Of a DNA stretch of 64,000 nt, positions 13,601 through 26,400 are shown one piece after another; within the stretch, counting starts at the first letter, position 1, and each line of letters starts with the position of its first letter. The position numbers and the translations under genes were made by a program. Below the pieces are notes generated by a model that did not search any database, was not told where the DNA came from, and saw only the letters and a list, made by a program, of their open reading frames with translations. The DNA lies in contig CM035355.1 of assembly GCA_020137815.1 (NCBI GenBank), positions 6,882,001-6,946,000 on the forward strand, written 5' to 3'. This DNA is from Hormiphora californensis (taxonomy: Eukaryota > Animalia > Ctenophora).

Positions 13601-16600
13601 TTCCAACGTAGGAAAGAATTAATCGGCGTTTAAACAAATCAGATCTTACCTTATAAACTACCTCATCATTTCCTATACTGAGCGCCAGATCACCAGTTAG
13701 ATGTTCTGTTGAGGCGGGGAAGTAGCACACCTCACATGTCCCATCCTCACCCGGCACAAGAGAGGGGATGTGACCTGGGGTGACTGTAAAGGGACGGGAG
13801 ACTGCCAGAGTCACTGATGTTGCAATGTTTCCTGTTGGAATGTGGGGTTATGAGAGGGGGAGTAACAATCTTTATCAATAGAGAAAACATAATGTACTCT
13901 CACACGACTACAGGGAAGTAATTTTGATATCTCCTTCTGGTATAGTGGGGGTAACCAGCTCAGTGGCTAATGCCTAAAAGTATAACGAACGAACGAATAT
14001 AATTTGTGTTAATTCATATTAACACACAAGTTACCAACCTGTGTTTCGGAAATTAACGATGATAGAATCGGGTTGCCCGGGAGATGTTTTGAATGCTAGA
14101 CTGTGCTGATTGCTAGGTATCTGCAGTTTGTACTGTCCTACTGTCCCCCGAACGGGAATGGAGGAGAGAACCGCTCCATTGGGACAATCAACTGCCACCT
14201 TAACAACACCTATACAGAAAAAGAATCAAACTAGATTCACCTCAATTTAGGTGCCACGCACAAACCCTCTCCGGTCTCCCAAAGGAGTCCGGTAAATCGA
14301 GGAATCCAATTGGGACACACTAAAAATGAATATAATTTTTGCACTGTAATGCTCACCTGTACACTCAGTATACCGCTCGCAGGGGAAGAACTCAAGGTGT
14401 CCGACAGATACGGATCCAGGTGGTAGGCACACACTAAACACAGCAGTAGGGTATCGGGTACCCGGGTCACTCAGGGAGAACACCTCCAGACACTGATCAT
14501 TACATTCCAAGAACACCTTGAGTGGGAGCTCGTGTTTTGAGTTGTTTGTCAGTTCAAATGAGGCCTCCTTTGCGGCCACTTGAACCCCGTAGTTGATGTG
14601 AGATGGCGAGACGGATAGAACGGGAAGTTCAGCTACCGCTGTGATCTTTGTTGATAGTTGTTGTGTTGGCAACATTCCAGAGATCACAGAATTAGCAGTT
14701 AATTGGACCGTTCCCACGCAGAGTCCGGGTTGCCTAGCAACCAGGGAGACTGGTAGTTCTTCCACGTAGTTTGGTTGGACAATTAACCTGTCTTTTGTTG
14801 TGAAACCAACCATTTTGGTTAGCCTTCGTCCACTGAGACAGCAAACTGCACCCAAAAATCAGTCATGTTTTCTATTTTTAGCACAAACTTCCGGGTTATT
14901 CCAACCGCACAAGGGCTCTTGAGGGTGTATGTGGGAGCTAGGGAGAGTTTTTTGTCTTCGTTTAACAATCGTTCCAGAATGGAATGGTTCTTCCGTACGG
15001 GTGTCTGGCTAAAATCAGGGTGTTGATAGGCTGGATTATAGCTGTGTTTTGTGGGCGGAGACATCGTTTCATCAAAGTTGGGGTGGTGGATGATGAGTAG
15101 GGGATACGGTATCAGTTGAAATTTGGATGTGATTGTTTCAACTCATCATCATCGTCATCATGATATGTCAACTGGACCTCCGGTGACTGGATATCTGTCA
15201 TTTCGGTCACTTGTAACTTCCTCATTTTGAATGAATGTGGTCGTTTGAAGTGTTCGTTGTCACCATGGTTACCACACAGCGACTCAGTTGTTATGGAGTT
15301 CTCTGGGTCCACAAATGGGACTGTATTGAGGGACCCCTGAGAAACTCTAGGAGAAACAGCAACAGGTTCAGTGGATGTGAGGTTAGTTGTTTTGTCGTTC
15401 AGGTAGCAGCTCTGGAATGCTTCACAAAGCGCTGTTTCGTCACCACGCTTATCTTCTGCTACCATAGTTGAAGGATCGACGTACAAGGTATTCTGGGTGT
15501 CTTCAATTGTAGACATAATTGAGTTTCCAATGTGTTCAGATTCTTGTTCTGCGTCACCGCTTGAAGAAGCTTCCTGAAAGTGGAGTTCTTCAGAGGAAGA
15601 GATAACAGAATGTGGGGTCGCCTTGGAAGTTTGTTCTTCCACGGTATCAAATGTCTGGGCATGTGGTGGTTGCTCTTCGGTGGTGTCAAGTTGCTCCCTG
15701 GAAGCCAGGATACCTTGGTTATCCTGATTGCCCGATGTCGCTTCAGGAGATGCAACTGATGCCTCCTCAGGAGATGCCTCGCCTGATGTCTCCTCAGCAG
15801 ATGCAACAATTGTACTCTGATCCCCTTCCAACACATCCTCAACCTCGACATTAGCCTCAACCTCGTTGGTGGTTGCCTCTAACTCATCCTCTCCATCATT
15901 ATCTCCCCTATCAGCCAGTTGTACATTATCTTGATCACCCCCGCCTTGTTTCATTTGCTCCAACTCCCAATCCCCCAAATTATCAATGTCCTCATCTTGT
16001 AGAATCCAGGTATCCTGAAAAGTCTCCCCTCCACCGGAGTTCCCAGGTTCTTCTCAATAGCTGGTTTTGGGTGACCCAGATCGGGTGACATACACGGTGT
16101 AACACTATCCACAGGAAGTTTCCTCTCCCTCAGTGAGATAGAGTGAGGGAAAATGAGGGATTTCGATTGGCGGAGGAGTTTGTTGTGGAATGTTATCATC
16201 TTGTATTCCTTCTTCAATTTGCATTGATGCCGGAGCGCTCAAGATCTTCCTGCAATCATCCGAACTCAAAACATCAGCCTCCTGCTGTTCTGTGCTATGT
16301 CGTCTGATCAAAACATTCCTGTTGGTAATGACAAATCCAGGAATTGGGTCTAAAGGTTCCCGGTCTTCAGTTTCCCTACCAGCAGCAGCAACCTCCAAAT
16401 GAGGCGGAGAGAAGATGTGCGGTCCGTGAGCTCCTTCAAATGCCTGCAGAAATATAGATAATAGAGGGTGGGCTTAAGAGCAAAATAAAGAAAGGTGGTG
16501 ATGGTCGATGGATTAACAAAAGGACAAAATATGTTAGAACAATCAAAGAGGGACGATGAGCTGTAAAGGAAATATCGGATATCACACAGCATAAAGCTAC

Positions 16601-17269
16601 GATAGTTTTGTGCAGTTAGGGCATGACGATGATCTCACGTGCATTGGATCTACCTTTTCTAGTTTCTTCTATCTCACTATCTCACATTTTACCGCACTCA
16701 GCTGTTAGAAAACCATTGTCATGAATAAAACACGTAGAAATAGACTAGACTTAGTCTAGTAGTAGACTAACCTGCCCGTGACCCATGATAATGAAGTGAC
16801 TATTACCTGCCCATGACCCATGATAATGAAGTGACTAACCTGCCCGTGACCCATGATAATGAAGTGACTATTACCTGCCCATGACCCATGATAATGAAGT
16901 GACTAACCTGCCCGTGACCCATGATAATGAAGTGACTATTACCTGCCCGTGACCCTAAAGAAATCCTCTTCCATTTCAGGTGGTTTCGCAGGTAGGATGT
17001 ATTTCCAGAGACTTCAAAGAACTCTCACCTTCACTACTGTTGATATTTGGCGGTACACTGAAATAACAGGAGTTAGTATCAGCCTCAGATGAACCCTAAC
17101 AGTGTTAATGATTATGGCGACAATCGATTGTATAAATTCAATGAAAGAAACTCGATTACTTTTCTTGAAACGTTGTGTCTTGCTCCTGTATCCATCCTTC
17201 TGGTTTCCTCTTTTTCACGACTGTCGAAGAAGCGATAGGATGATGATCAAACTCTCCTTCGCCACTCAT
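5282..17269 (-). CDS. CEP192: Centrosomal protein 192 / SPD-2-like, multi-exon, with acidic disordered N-terminus and tandem ASH Ig-like domains
   Basis: Last exon has LRWELVSVAPTY...GRAEYMVF and PFYLKYKEVLVQPGHSARIPVKFRPTEPG...IELGGKA, resembling the recalled CEP192 C-terminus. ASH-like exons lie at ~14247-14930, 13650-13830, 10010-10207, 9474-9638 and 8673-8928; acidic region at 15112-16445. Putative ATG at 17269 (MSGEGEFDHHPIASST). Internal exon limits are approximate. Confidence 0.85.
6722..6894. mobile_element. pogo/Tc1-mariner-type MITE
   Basis: TIR CAGTCGGACCCCGATTTAG / CTAAATCGGGGTCCGACTG flanked by TA on both sides; near-identical copy at 59356-59512. Confidence 0.9.
7108..7717. mobile_element. 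Non-autonomous DNA transposon with 11-bp TIR and 8-bp TSD, in a CEP192 intron
   Basis: TIR CCCGGTGTCCG (7108-7118) / CGGACACCGGG (7707-7717); direct repeat ACAAGAAA at 7100-7107 and 7718-7725. Confidence 0.85.
7325..7396 (-). ncRNA. tRNA-Asp-like Pol III cassette, not a canonical tRNA
   Basis: Minus strand has A-box TGGCCTAGCGG, arm CTCGC-CTATCTA-GCGGG, then AGACCCGGGTTCGAATCCCG (B-box) and a downstream T-run; acceptor stem does not pair. Confidence 0.65.
12100..13439. mobile_element. Foldback non-autonomous element with Chapaev-like termini
   Basis: Near-perfect ~656-bp inverted arms (12100-12755 and 12785-13439) with ~29-bp spacer; termini CACGG...CCGTG; 4-bp direct repeat AAGA on both sides. 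Confidence 0.85.
16765..16955. repeat. 33/35-bp alternating minisatellite spanning a CEP192 splice donor
   Basis: Unit (T)ACCTGCCCRTGACCCATGATAATGAAGTGACTA, about 5.5 copies. Confidence 0.9.
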
Positions 17270-17340
17270 TACTTCATTGCTACAGTGTGAAAATGATAAT
17301 TTCGAAAATGTTCGACCACCTCTAGTCTATACGTTCACTA

Positions 17341-19340
17341 TAATAATAATAATAATAATAATAAAAATGACAGTTTATATCCCGCACTGACACAGTTTTA
17401 ATTACAGACAACTCGTTTTCCTTCATTTGAAAGGGACTGCAGCAGACTGCCTGCTCCTAGCACGGTTCTCTGATAACGGTGAATTAGTCGGGAACTATCC
17501 CACTTGGATAACATTGTTACGGATAAAATAGCAGCCGTCTGGATCTTCTAGTCGTATCCGTTTCAAAGTGGACCTGAGAGCTTTTTGCTCCTTCAGTTCA
17601 GAGGGCGTTAGATCCGGAGATAGATAAACAGCCGAAAACTGTTTGGAGTCTTTGAGGTTTCGTGCTTTTTTGAGAAGCGCCAGGAGAGTCGCTCTCCTCT
17701 CCAGGGATACTAAGAGCGGTCTAGGACGCTTCTCATTTCTTTCCCCGATGCGTTTTATCGTTGTCACTTTCGGTTTCTCTTGCAGTTCCTCAAAAAGTTC
17801 GTCTAAAGTAGTTTTAGCTACTCTATCGGTTGTTTCTTGGAGACCAAACACAATCAGGTTCTTCTCTCTTCCGGGCTGTTGGACGGGAGTAGGGTGGTGC
17901 GACGTTAGTGGTTTTACCACTTTAGGGGAGGTTGCAGCACAATTCTGTGCAAGCACAGAAGAGTAGGCTTTCACCTTCTTCACCGAAGTTGACACTGCAC
18001 TTAGTTGTTGCTTTTGGGCTTCAATAACAATAACAATAACAATAACATTATACATATTTAAATCGCTTTTGAGCTATATAATGCTATTCTCGATCAGCTT
18101 AAACAGCGTCCTCTCGATAATAGCAAGCTTTCTAAAGCGCTTCATCGCTAAAATAACCTATAGACATTCGTCCTCGTCGTCATAGATAATAAATTATATA
18201 AAAATAAAAACGGACTTAGATAATTAATAAATAAGATACAAAAGACAGACTGAACACCGATGGACACACAAATACATGCAACACACACACACACGTCATA
18301 CACATACAAATTCATACAAACACAAGCAAGTACTTAACATACGAACAATTAAGCACACAACCAAATTCACCAACGTCCAACGGAGTCCAGAGATAATCAA
18401 CCCTACCACATACTGAACAAAATACCGAAATAAACGCTAATTGAGTGTTGTCCTCATTACTTTAGTTCATTGTGACTAGGACTCGCTTTGTCTTGGATTA
18501 TTATTATCATGGTTATTGGTTATCATGGAGGAATATCAGTTTCACACTTAGGAGATATCATGTAGGATTTCAGGATTTAGGAATTTACTTTAGGTCTTTT
18601 AGTTCTGAAAATAGGGTGCTCTGGAGGGGGTTAATCTTCATAGTAGAAGCCTCCAAGAGCAATATAGCACTGTGAATTGCGTAGCCAAGACTACACAATT
18701 CACAGTCCCATTGTGTGAGAAGTCAACTGTACACGTCAAACAGTTGCCAAAAGGCGTATCTACAAGTAAGTCAGTGTCTAGATCTGTCATGGGTGGGGAT
18801 TCTTTTTTTTATTCTCACACACACTTTGCCGTTTGCTGAAGCTCAATCACGCTAAGACGGTGGCGATCAAGTTCTTCTTTGCATTCACGTAGTTGCTTCT
18901 CGAGTTTTTCTGCGCTGATAACATTTTCAAAATTGTTCATTGTTGCTCTGGCAAGTTTCATACTGGAGAGATAAATACGCGAAGTAGCCTCAATAATTTC
19001 ATTCGCAGTTAAATCCTTGAGACAGTGACTGAAGTACGAACCCCAGTTATTGCAAGGGGAAGCTACACTGTCGTTGGTTAACATTGAGTCGGGTGCAGCT
19101 TGGATCGATTTATAACATTGAATAAACTGATCCGATGTGATACTCGTCGTGTTGGGATCATCAGCAGAGTTCAACCAGTAAACTTCAGAAACAAAGTCGT
19201 TTACTGTCTCTTCCAATCGTTTTATCGCAGGGTTATCGCCCTCGTACTTCGTTTCTGACATTATCAACGTTTCGTTTTTCTGCCCTTTGGGGCTCAAATT
19301 AATTTGTTTAAAGTAGTGTTGACCCAATCTGAGCGCCGCC
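17341..19340 (-). mobile_element. LINE-derived element encoding ORF1 only (coiled coil plus RRM/CTD) with (TTA)n tail; ORF1 split by an insertion
   Basis: ORF 19261..18830 ends in a coiled coil (LEKQLRECKEELDRHRLSVIELQQ) and resumes at ~18024 (IEAQKQQL...REKNLIVFGL...RPRPLLVSL...VYLSPDLT), typical of L2/CR1 ORF1. Stop at 17495, ~130-nt 3' UTR, TAA repeats at 17341-17362. 5' end approximate. Confidence 0.75.
18025..18830 (-). mobile_element. 3' fragment of an L2-like LINE/SINE inserted into the ORF1
   Basis: Minus strand ends AAGCGCTTTAGA...AAAGCGATTTAAATATGTATAAT(GTTATT)n, an L2-type tail, and interrupts ORF1. Confidence 0.55.
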
Positions 19341-19606
19341 ACTCGCCGGACAGTACCTTCAGGTTTTAACCGAAACAGTTGAGTCGTTAGAGCCCTATTA
19401 ATGCAGGGTATTTTTGGCAGAAGGCACCTGTAAAAACACACAGATCCTGACTTCGCTTAAAAAAAATTAAAAACGCGGTGGCGCGACATTTTTTTAAAGA
19501 AATTTAATATATATAATTTATTTTGGCCAGTTGAATTTACTGTGCCGCGCACATTAAACGCGCAAAACATTCGCGCGCGGTTAGATTTCATATTTTGAAG
19601 AATGGT

Positions 19607-19910
19607 AAAGTCCATTTTTATTCAACTGTTCACCCTCCAACTCGTGCGCGTGCGATATTTTAATTTAATGTCCATTTTTTTTCAACTGTTCACCCCCCAA
19701 AGTCGTGCGCGGAATTGTTTTGCGCGTCTATCACATGTTAACGTGTAGCGCGCGCAGCGTAAATTAAAATATTGCACGCGCACGAGTTGGAGGGTGAACA
19801 GTTGAATAAAAATGGACTTTACGCTGCGCGCGCTACACGTTAACATGTGATAGACGCGCAAAACAATTCCGCGCACGACTTTGGGGGGTGAACAGTTGAA
19901 AAAAAATGGA
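19607..19910. repeat. Interleaved inverted repeats A-B-A'-B' in a CG-rich repeat
   Basis: A 19607-19667 pairs with A' 19760-19820; B 19671-19763 pairs with B' 19818-19910. Confidence 0.8.
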
Positions 19911-20474
19911 GTATAAAGTCGGATTTTTTGAAACTGTCACCCCCAAATGACCGTGCATGTGAAATTTATCAATTTTGACGCGCGCACCACACGTTAACAT
20001 GTGATGTGACGCGCAAAAACATTCCGTGCACGAAAAGGGGGGTGACAGTTTCAAAAAATCCGACTTTATTGAAGATGTTTGCGTTGAATTAAGAATACTA
20101 AATTTGTATACATATTTGTAATAAAATATGAACATATCAAGGCAGTGTTTGAAGTATAAAGAGGCAGAGCTAGAGGCTGGACTATGGAGACGGGAATGTA
20201 CTTGTAGTAATCACCAGGTGATTACTACAAGTACAGGTGATTCACCTGTCAGAGCATTGGCGGAGCGCGCGAGAACTGTGGTCAGAGCATTGGCCTGACA
20301 GGTAATCACACGAGTAGCTACTAATTGACTAGCCAAGAAACTCAGGCAACCGATTTTGAATTAGTACAGTTCCTTGCTAATACACCCTGTTTTTAGGCGA
20401 GTCTCACTCAGTTCAAACTAATTAGTCCTTCACGAATTATCTAACTCGACGGGAATTATCAAGGAACTATTATA

Positions 20475-23400
20475 TCATGGTGGGCCACTGGGAAGATCGG
20501 ATAGATCGTTTGAAAAGTTCACTTTGCTTCTATCAAACTCTGTCCCGGCGAAGGGCGATCCTTTTGCGTTCCAAGCTTTTTGTAGGATCTCGTCTTGTTG
20601 CTGAAAGAAGAAGACGTTATTTTGGAATTAGGAATAGGAAACCGAAAACGGAATAAAGTAGTGGTTATTTTTGTGAGAAATGGGTACAAATCTTGATGGT
20701 GGCTGGTGGGGGTTACATTTTACAAGCCGACAGGGGGAGGACGAACACCTACCATTTCCTCGCTAGTTGGAAGACCAAGTTGCTTTTGTCTCTGGTCGAA
20801 CATGAGCTTTTGTACACATGCAACCTCTTCCTGTGAGAAGAAAAGTGTGTTTATTTTCAATCAGGGGCTGTCTGGCGGCGCCGACCCGATCTGAGTGCAC
20901 TGTTTTGAGAATCAAAACGGGGTCTGGTGCCGCCTGACCAGTTTGAGAGGAATTTCAATAAGGATTCAGTGGGACTGTAAGTGTAAGTTTCAACTCCGCA
21001 ACTGGACCAGCTACACAATTTGAAACTGATGTCAGTTTCAATTCTGCAACTGGACCAGTACAAAATTTGAAACTGATGTCAGTTTCAAATTTTGTAACTG
21101 GAGCGTAACGGGGCCGGTTTGGAGATTGGAAGACGTGCCCCTGCCCTTGCAGGCACACGCACGACGGGAAAGGGACGTGTGCATCAGCATATTTCTGACG
21201 CCGAAACCATACCTGAGGAAACTCGTGCATGTGTCGTGTAGTGTCGATGCTATCTATAGATATTTGGTGGGGGTCATCTTTGAACAGAGCAGTCCACCAG
21301 TAGCCTTCGCGAACTTTCTCCAGGTTAATCTGAGTCGGGATCAGAGTTTGGAAAACATTTCATTGAAATTTTCAACATAACTACATGTAGAAACATAACA
21401 CATGTACACAAGGGGGGGGGGGTTCCCATGGTATACTTTGGTATACTTTGGTATATGGAAAATCCCAAAAAATTATGTGGAAAGTACCAAAGTATACCAA
21501 AGTATACCATATCTTTTTAATAGCTTTACGAACTTTAAAGTGTTAATTTACAACAGTTAAGGCTTTAAAACATTTTGTTTAAACTTTCTTAACTCATAAA
21601 ATTGGGCATTGGTGCTAAATAGGCTAAATTCATAGAATCGAGGAAAAATATTTTGCCTATAAAATGGTGATTCAGAAAACTGGAGTTTGACAAATTGGGA
21701 TCCATTTGAGTATGATAAAAAACTTTTTAAAAAGTCAAGAAAATGTTCAAATAGTATTTGGTAAAGTCTCCAAAAAATTTTCAAAAATTGCCATCACCGG
21801 GAATCGAACCCTTGCCACTGAGTGGCCAGCCTTGAGCACTAGCCGGATGATGTAACATAAACGTAAAAATCGGTTTAATAAGCGTTATATTACCAATTTA
21901 TAACGAAATAAGGATGTAGTTTTACAAATTTAGTCAATTATTTTATCTTATCGCTTAAATTTTACCATTTTCAAGATTTTCTTGGTATACTTTGGTACAC
22001 CTTGGTATACTTTGGTATACTTTGGTATATGGAAAATCGCTGAAAAAGTTGTGGAAAGTGCCAAAGTATACCAAAGTATACCATGGGAACCCCCCCGTAC
22101 ACAATTACATTTACAGCACAACATCCAGCGGTCTAATAGATCTCATAAAATCCGGATCGAACCAGATCATGTTTGGAGAGAGAATGGGCCCTTTTTAGCC
22201 CTCCTATCGCACCGCATTTTCCACGCCATGAATGAACCATCTTCCATTTCTCAGATACCCATGTGGTGGGTGATATGATTTTGAGGGGAGAGGGGTATGT
22301 CTGTCTGTCTGTCGGGGAAGGTGTCTTGAAATGAGGACATCACGATACAAAAATGAGAAAACACACGAATCTCATGAAGTAAATATCAATGTATAAAAGT
22401 AGGAATTACATTAATAGTTACCTTATTAATTTAAAAGAATAAAATGCCATGTATGGCGGTTCTGTGTGAATCAATGAAGAGTAAAGAAATATAATGCGTC
22501 ATAAATAAACTAGGAGAAGTGTCCACGTTTATTGATGTCTACAACTGTGTCATAAATAACAGTGCTAATTAATATCTAAAGAAAACATGCAAAGATAATA
22601 TAATACTGCTGATATTAATTCAAATTAAAATTGATTCAAAACATGCTGCACTACTTATTAAATTTAGGCCATGCTCTTTGTGTCTTTGATCATCTTTCTG
22701 TGACATTTCAAACCCCCATCAGTAGTTGTCAAGTATCCCTCACTCAACAAATCAGAAGTTCTTAATCTTACTCATTCATTTCTAAGGCAATGTAACAACA
22801 GCTATCTCCCCTCAACAGTTAGCTAGTACAGTCCCCATGACACTCTCAGTAGAAACAGCAGCAGCAGCAGTCTGGTCCGTCTGATCCCCAAACTGCCACT
22901 GCAACATACTGACATGGACTGTCCTCATCTACCCCCTTCCTATGTTTCCTCAGGAACAACTTTATCTTGGCTGCTGAAGGCGGTGACAGACCCCTGATTT
23001 CCAGGTATTTTGATAACAACCTGATCTCGGTGAATCCGTTGTCATAAGCCTGGAGGATGGCCTCTTCTAGAGCGGTGTTGTTGGGGTGAGCGTGGGGTAG
23101 TCCATTGGAGAGTTTAGCTACTAGATCGGTGGTGGGGTTGTAGAGAAGTTGGATTTTTGTAGGACATTCCTTTATACTGCAATCGTAGTGAACCTGGGTA
23201 CATGTTAAATGCATGTTAGATGTATGTAGATGTATTTTAGACTAATTGTTGAGTAACAACACTCAACAATGTTAGAGTTAGACATGTTAATGAGGATTTC
23301 ATCTTACCCTTTTCCCATGTTTAGAGTCGCTAGCCCCAGAGATTGTCCACGAGTGATCGGGTGAAGAGGAGAGGTATTCATCCGCCGCTTCATGGGAAGG

Positions 23401-26400
23401 GAACATATTCTGTGGGATGAAGTTCTGAAATTCAGCTGATTTTTTATCCATTTTATACTGCTGCTGTTGCTGTTCTTTTTCCTTCTGTTGCTGCATCAGC
23501 TGGTGGAGTAGAGCTAGTGGGTTCTGTGGAGAGAGAGGGGTGAGATAACAAGATGAGTACAAAACTCTAAATAAAACAACTTGTTCGGACCTGTTCGACG
23601 CTCTCACCACGTCCGACGACGGCAAATTTTGTAAAACTAAAATAAGGTTTAGATTCTCCTCCTCCTACTTACCGATATAGCGACGTTAACGGGCGGACTA
23701 GATTTCCTCCCACTCTGTACAATGCTCTTGTATTCAAGGTGGTTGTGTCCCTCTCCGTTGTTGTAAAGAAGAGCGGTACCAGAGTGATGGTAGACAACGT
23801 GACATAGAGCACCGCATCCTAATTTAGCCCTCTGTGTGCACTGGTAATACACCTGGGGAGTGGGGAAGGTTAGGGACTAAGGGTAATACACCTGGGGGAG
23901 GGTTGGGTTAGGGATATGGTGGGGTATAATACACTTGACAAATTTATGAACGGGGTCGGGGGTATCTTTAGGGTGGAGAAAAGGAAGGACGAATGTTACA
24001 AAAGTGGACCATTACCTTCTTTCCCTCAGTTGTCTGGTGACTATATCGGAACTTCCATTTATTATCCTTGGTTATGTATGATTTTGCTTCTTCAGCGGAG
24101 TTGAAGAGTGTCTCCGCTGTCCATTGAATTGCCGGACCACGGACCCGTGATTTCTCTCGTCGTGTACATACACGTCCTTTCTTTGGTATCAGTTGTGAAA
24201 ACTAGATGGAGAGAGGAGGGGTTATAGGGACGGGGTAGAAGAAATGAGAGGGGTGGGGAGTGGTTAGAGGATTTGCATTGGGAAGATTTTTTTTAAAACA
24301 ATTTCTTACTTTTTGGTTCCATCTTGGCGAAGTAGCTCCCTGTTCCTCTTTAATTACATTGCCTTGTTGCTGACCCGCTATTAACAAATTAAAATGTAAA
24401 CAAAATGCTCCAATTATAAAAACTTATAAATGTCAATTAGTCAATAGTCGAATTATTGATTAGATTTGATTGGGTGAGGTACGGAATCAGGGGTAAATCA
24501 GCGGCTTTGTGATTGTGGGTTTCTCTCAATGTGTGTGACAGGGGTATCTGAGAAATTATCCGAGCTCAGAACATCCAGTGGCGCTTGTCAGCACTTCCAG
24601 ATGATCTTCTGTGGTACGAAGAAGTACGGAGTTTTGCGCGCCGCGCACTGTGACTCAGCTGACACTTAACACTTTCATTTTAGCACACACGTTTGTCACG
24701 ACAAGGACGGGAGGGAGCGGAGAGGGACGTCCGACACGATATTTGTACAACATGAACACGACGAGAGAGATACCCACATACCTGGATGCATTCACCTTTA
24801 TGCAAACTCCACATGCTTTCCTCTGCTTTGACGGGGTCGTGGAATGAACGCTGGAGAATGGTTTTCATGTCGGAGGAATCCTGCTTTAGTTGGACCTGGC
24901 AGAGGTTGGGGAGGTTTTAGAGAGTGGTTGAAACCTGATATGTGGTTATTAGTTTCGGCTTCATTGAATTTTCCAGAAACATGATCGTGTGTCTGTAAAT
25001 TATACATTGCATATGTGCAGTGTTCTAAGATCGAAGTTCGAACAAGCCGACTTTATAACAAGCAAGTGTCCAGAATTTAAAAGCTTCCAGAATGTTCTAT
25101 TTCCTTCTCAGTTCTCACTCGTGTCTCTTTCTCTCTCACTTTCTCCCTCTCTCTCGAACAATAATTGCATTCTGGACTGGTAATACTACCGCGGCCCGTA
25201 TTAGAAATACAGCGACTTTACCACTGACCGTACCACTGACCGCTGTGAACCTCCTCTGAGGATCTGTCTCTCACTCTATCTCTATCTGTAACTCTATCTC
25301 TCCCTCTTTCTCTCACCTGTACTCCGTGAGCTTTGATGTCGATTTTCAGGTCACTAGCTTTTATGTCAGCTCGTGGTAAAACCATCTTGACATCGACATC
25401 TTGTGCAGTCTGGCTCCAAGCGTAATCTTTAGTTACTCCACCATTATGGTGGTCCCATTGCGATGTTGAGAAGTCACCCTGGGGGAGTTAGGGTGTTAGA
25501 GAAGTCACACTGGGGGAGTAAGGGAAGTAACCCTGGGAGTTGGGGTGTTAGAGAAGTCACCCTGGGGGAGTTAGGGTGTTAGAGAAGTCACACTGGGGGA
25601 GTTAGGGTGTTTGGGGGTGGGGGTTAGCGAAGTCACACTGGTAGTCCGATTAGCGAGAGATTTCAGTAAGTAGCAAAGCGAAACTAGCAGGAGTTTCGGG
25701 AGAGGCCGGCAGAATCAATAGAATGGGGAAGGGTAGAAATAGTACAGGAGAATGGTAAGAATAATCGATAGAATGGGGTAGCAGGGTATGAACAACATAC
25801 AGGAGGATAACATACCTGTATCTCCTCCTGTTTGAGTGTTTCCCCCGGTGTCATTGGCGGGGTTGGTGGTGTGGGCTTGGCAACTGGAGTTGTGGATATC
25901 CGGGGACTGGTGGTTGGTTGGTTGGTTGGAGTTATCCGGGGTGGAGTTGGGGATGGGGGAGGAGCGTGGGCTGCATTGGACAACGCCTCGTATTTCTCAA
26001 ATACCTGTGAAAGAGAGAGATCGAGAAAGTAAAAAGTTGGTTTTGAGTCGCTAAATACTTGTGAGGTCTGACCCGTTTAGTAAAATAAAATGAGTTGGAT
26101 AAAACAAGTTTAGGGCTCATCAGACATGTTAACTAAAAATCTGGTACATACCACGATTACCCCCGATCTACTTAGGATAAAATTTGAAATGTCCCCCACC
26201 AGTCTGCCCCGGACAAAGTATCAACATGATGTGGATACAAGTCTAGTGTGAAATCAGTTCTTTCCCGGAAATTAAGCCGAAACAATAGTTGTACCTTGAG
26301 TAACTTTTCCCTTGCCACCCCCGGAGGGAAGCCCATGGAACGGTCTGCAGAGAGGTGTCTGAAGAAATCAGTCTTGCGGTGGAGAAATCCAAGAATAACA

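Noticed and set aside
20987-21100. CRISPR-like palindromic repeats
   Set aside because: Units are contiguous without unique spacers, intronic, and no cas genes are present; likewise for 16765-16955.
22110-22300. Possible intronic ncRNA containing GGTTCGATCC
   Set aside because: No A-box, snoRNA box pair or convincing fold could be identified by eye.
22846-22920. Poly-Cys C-terminus (DCCCCCFY) as a metal-binding or lipidation tail
   Set aside because: Comes from a CTG repeat; a neighbouring frame reads as ordinary sequence (QTAAAAVSTESV), so a frameshift error is as likely.
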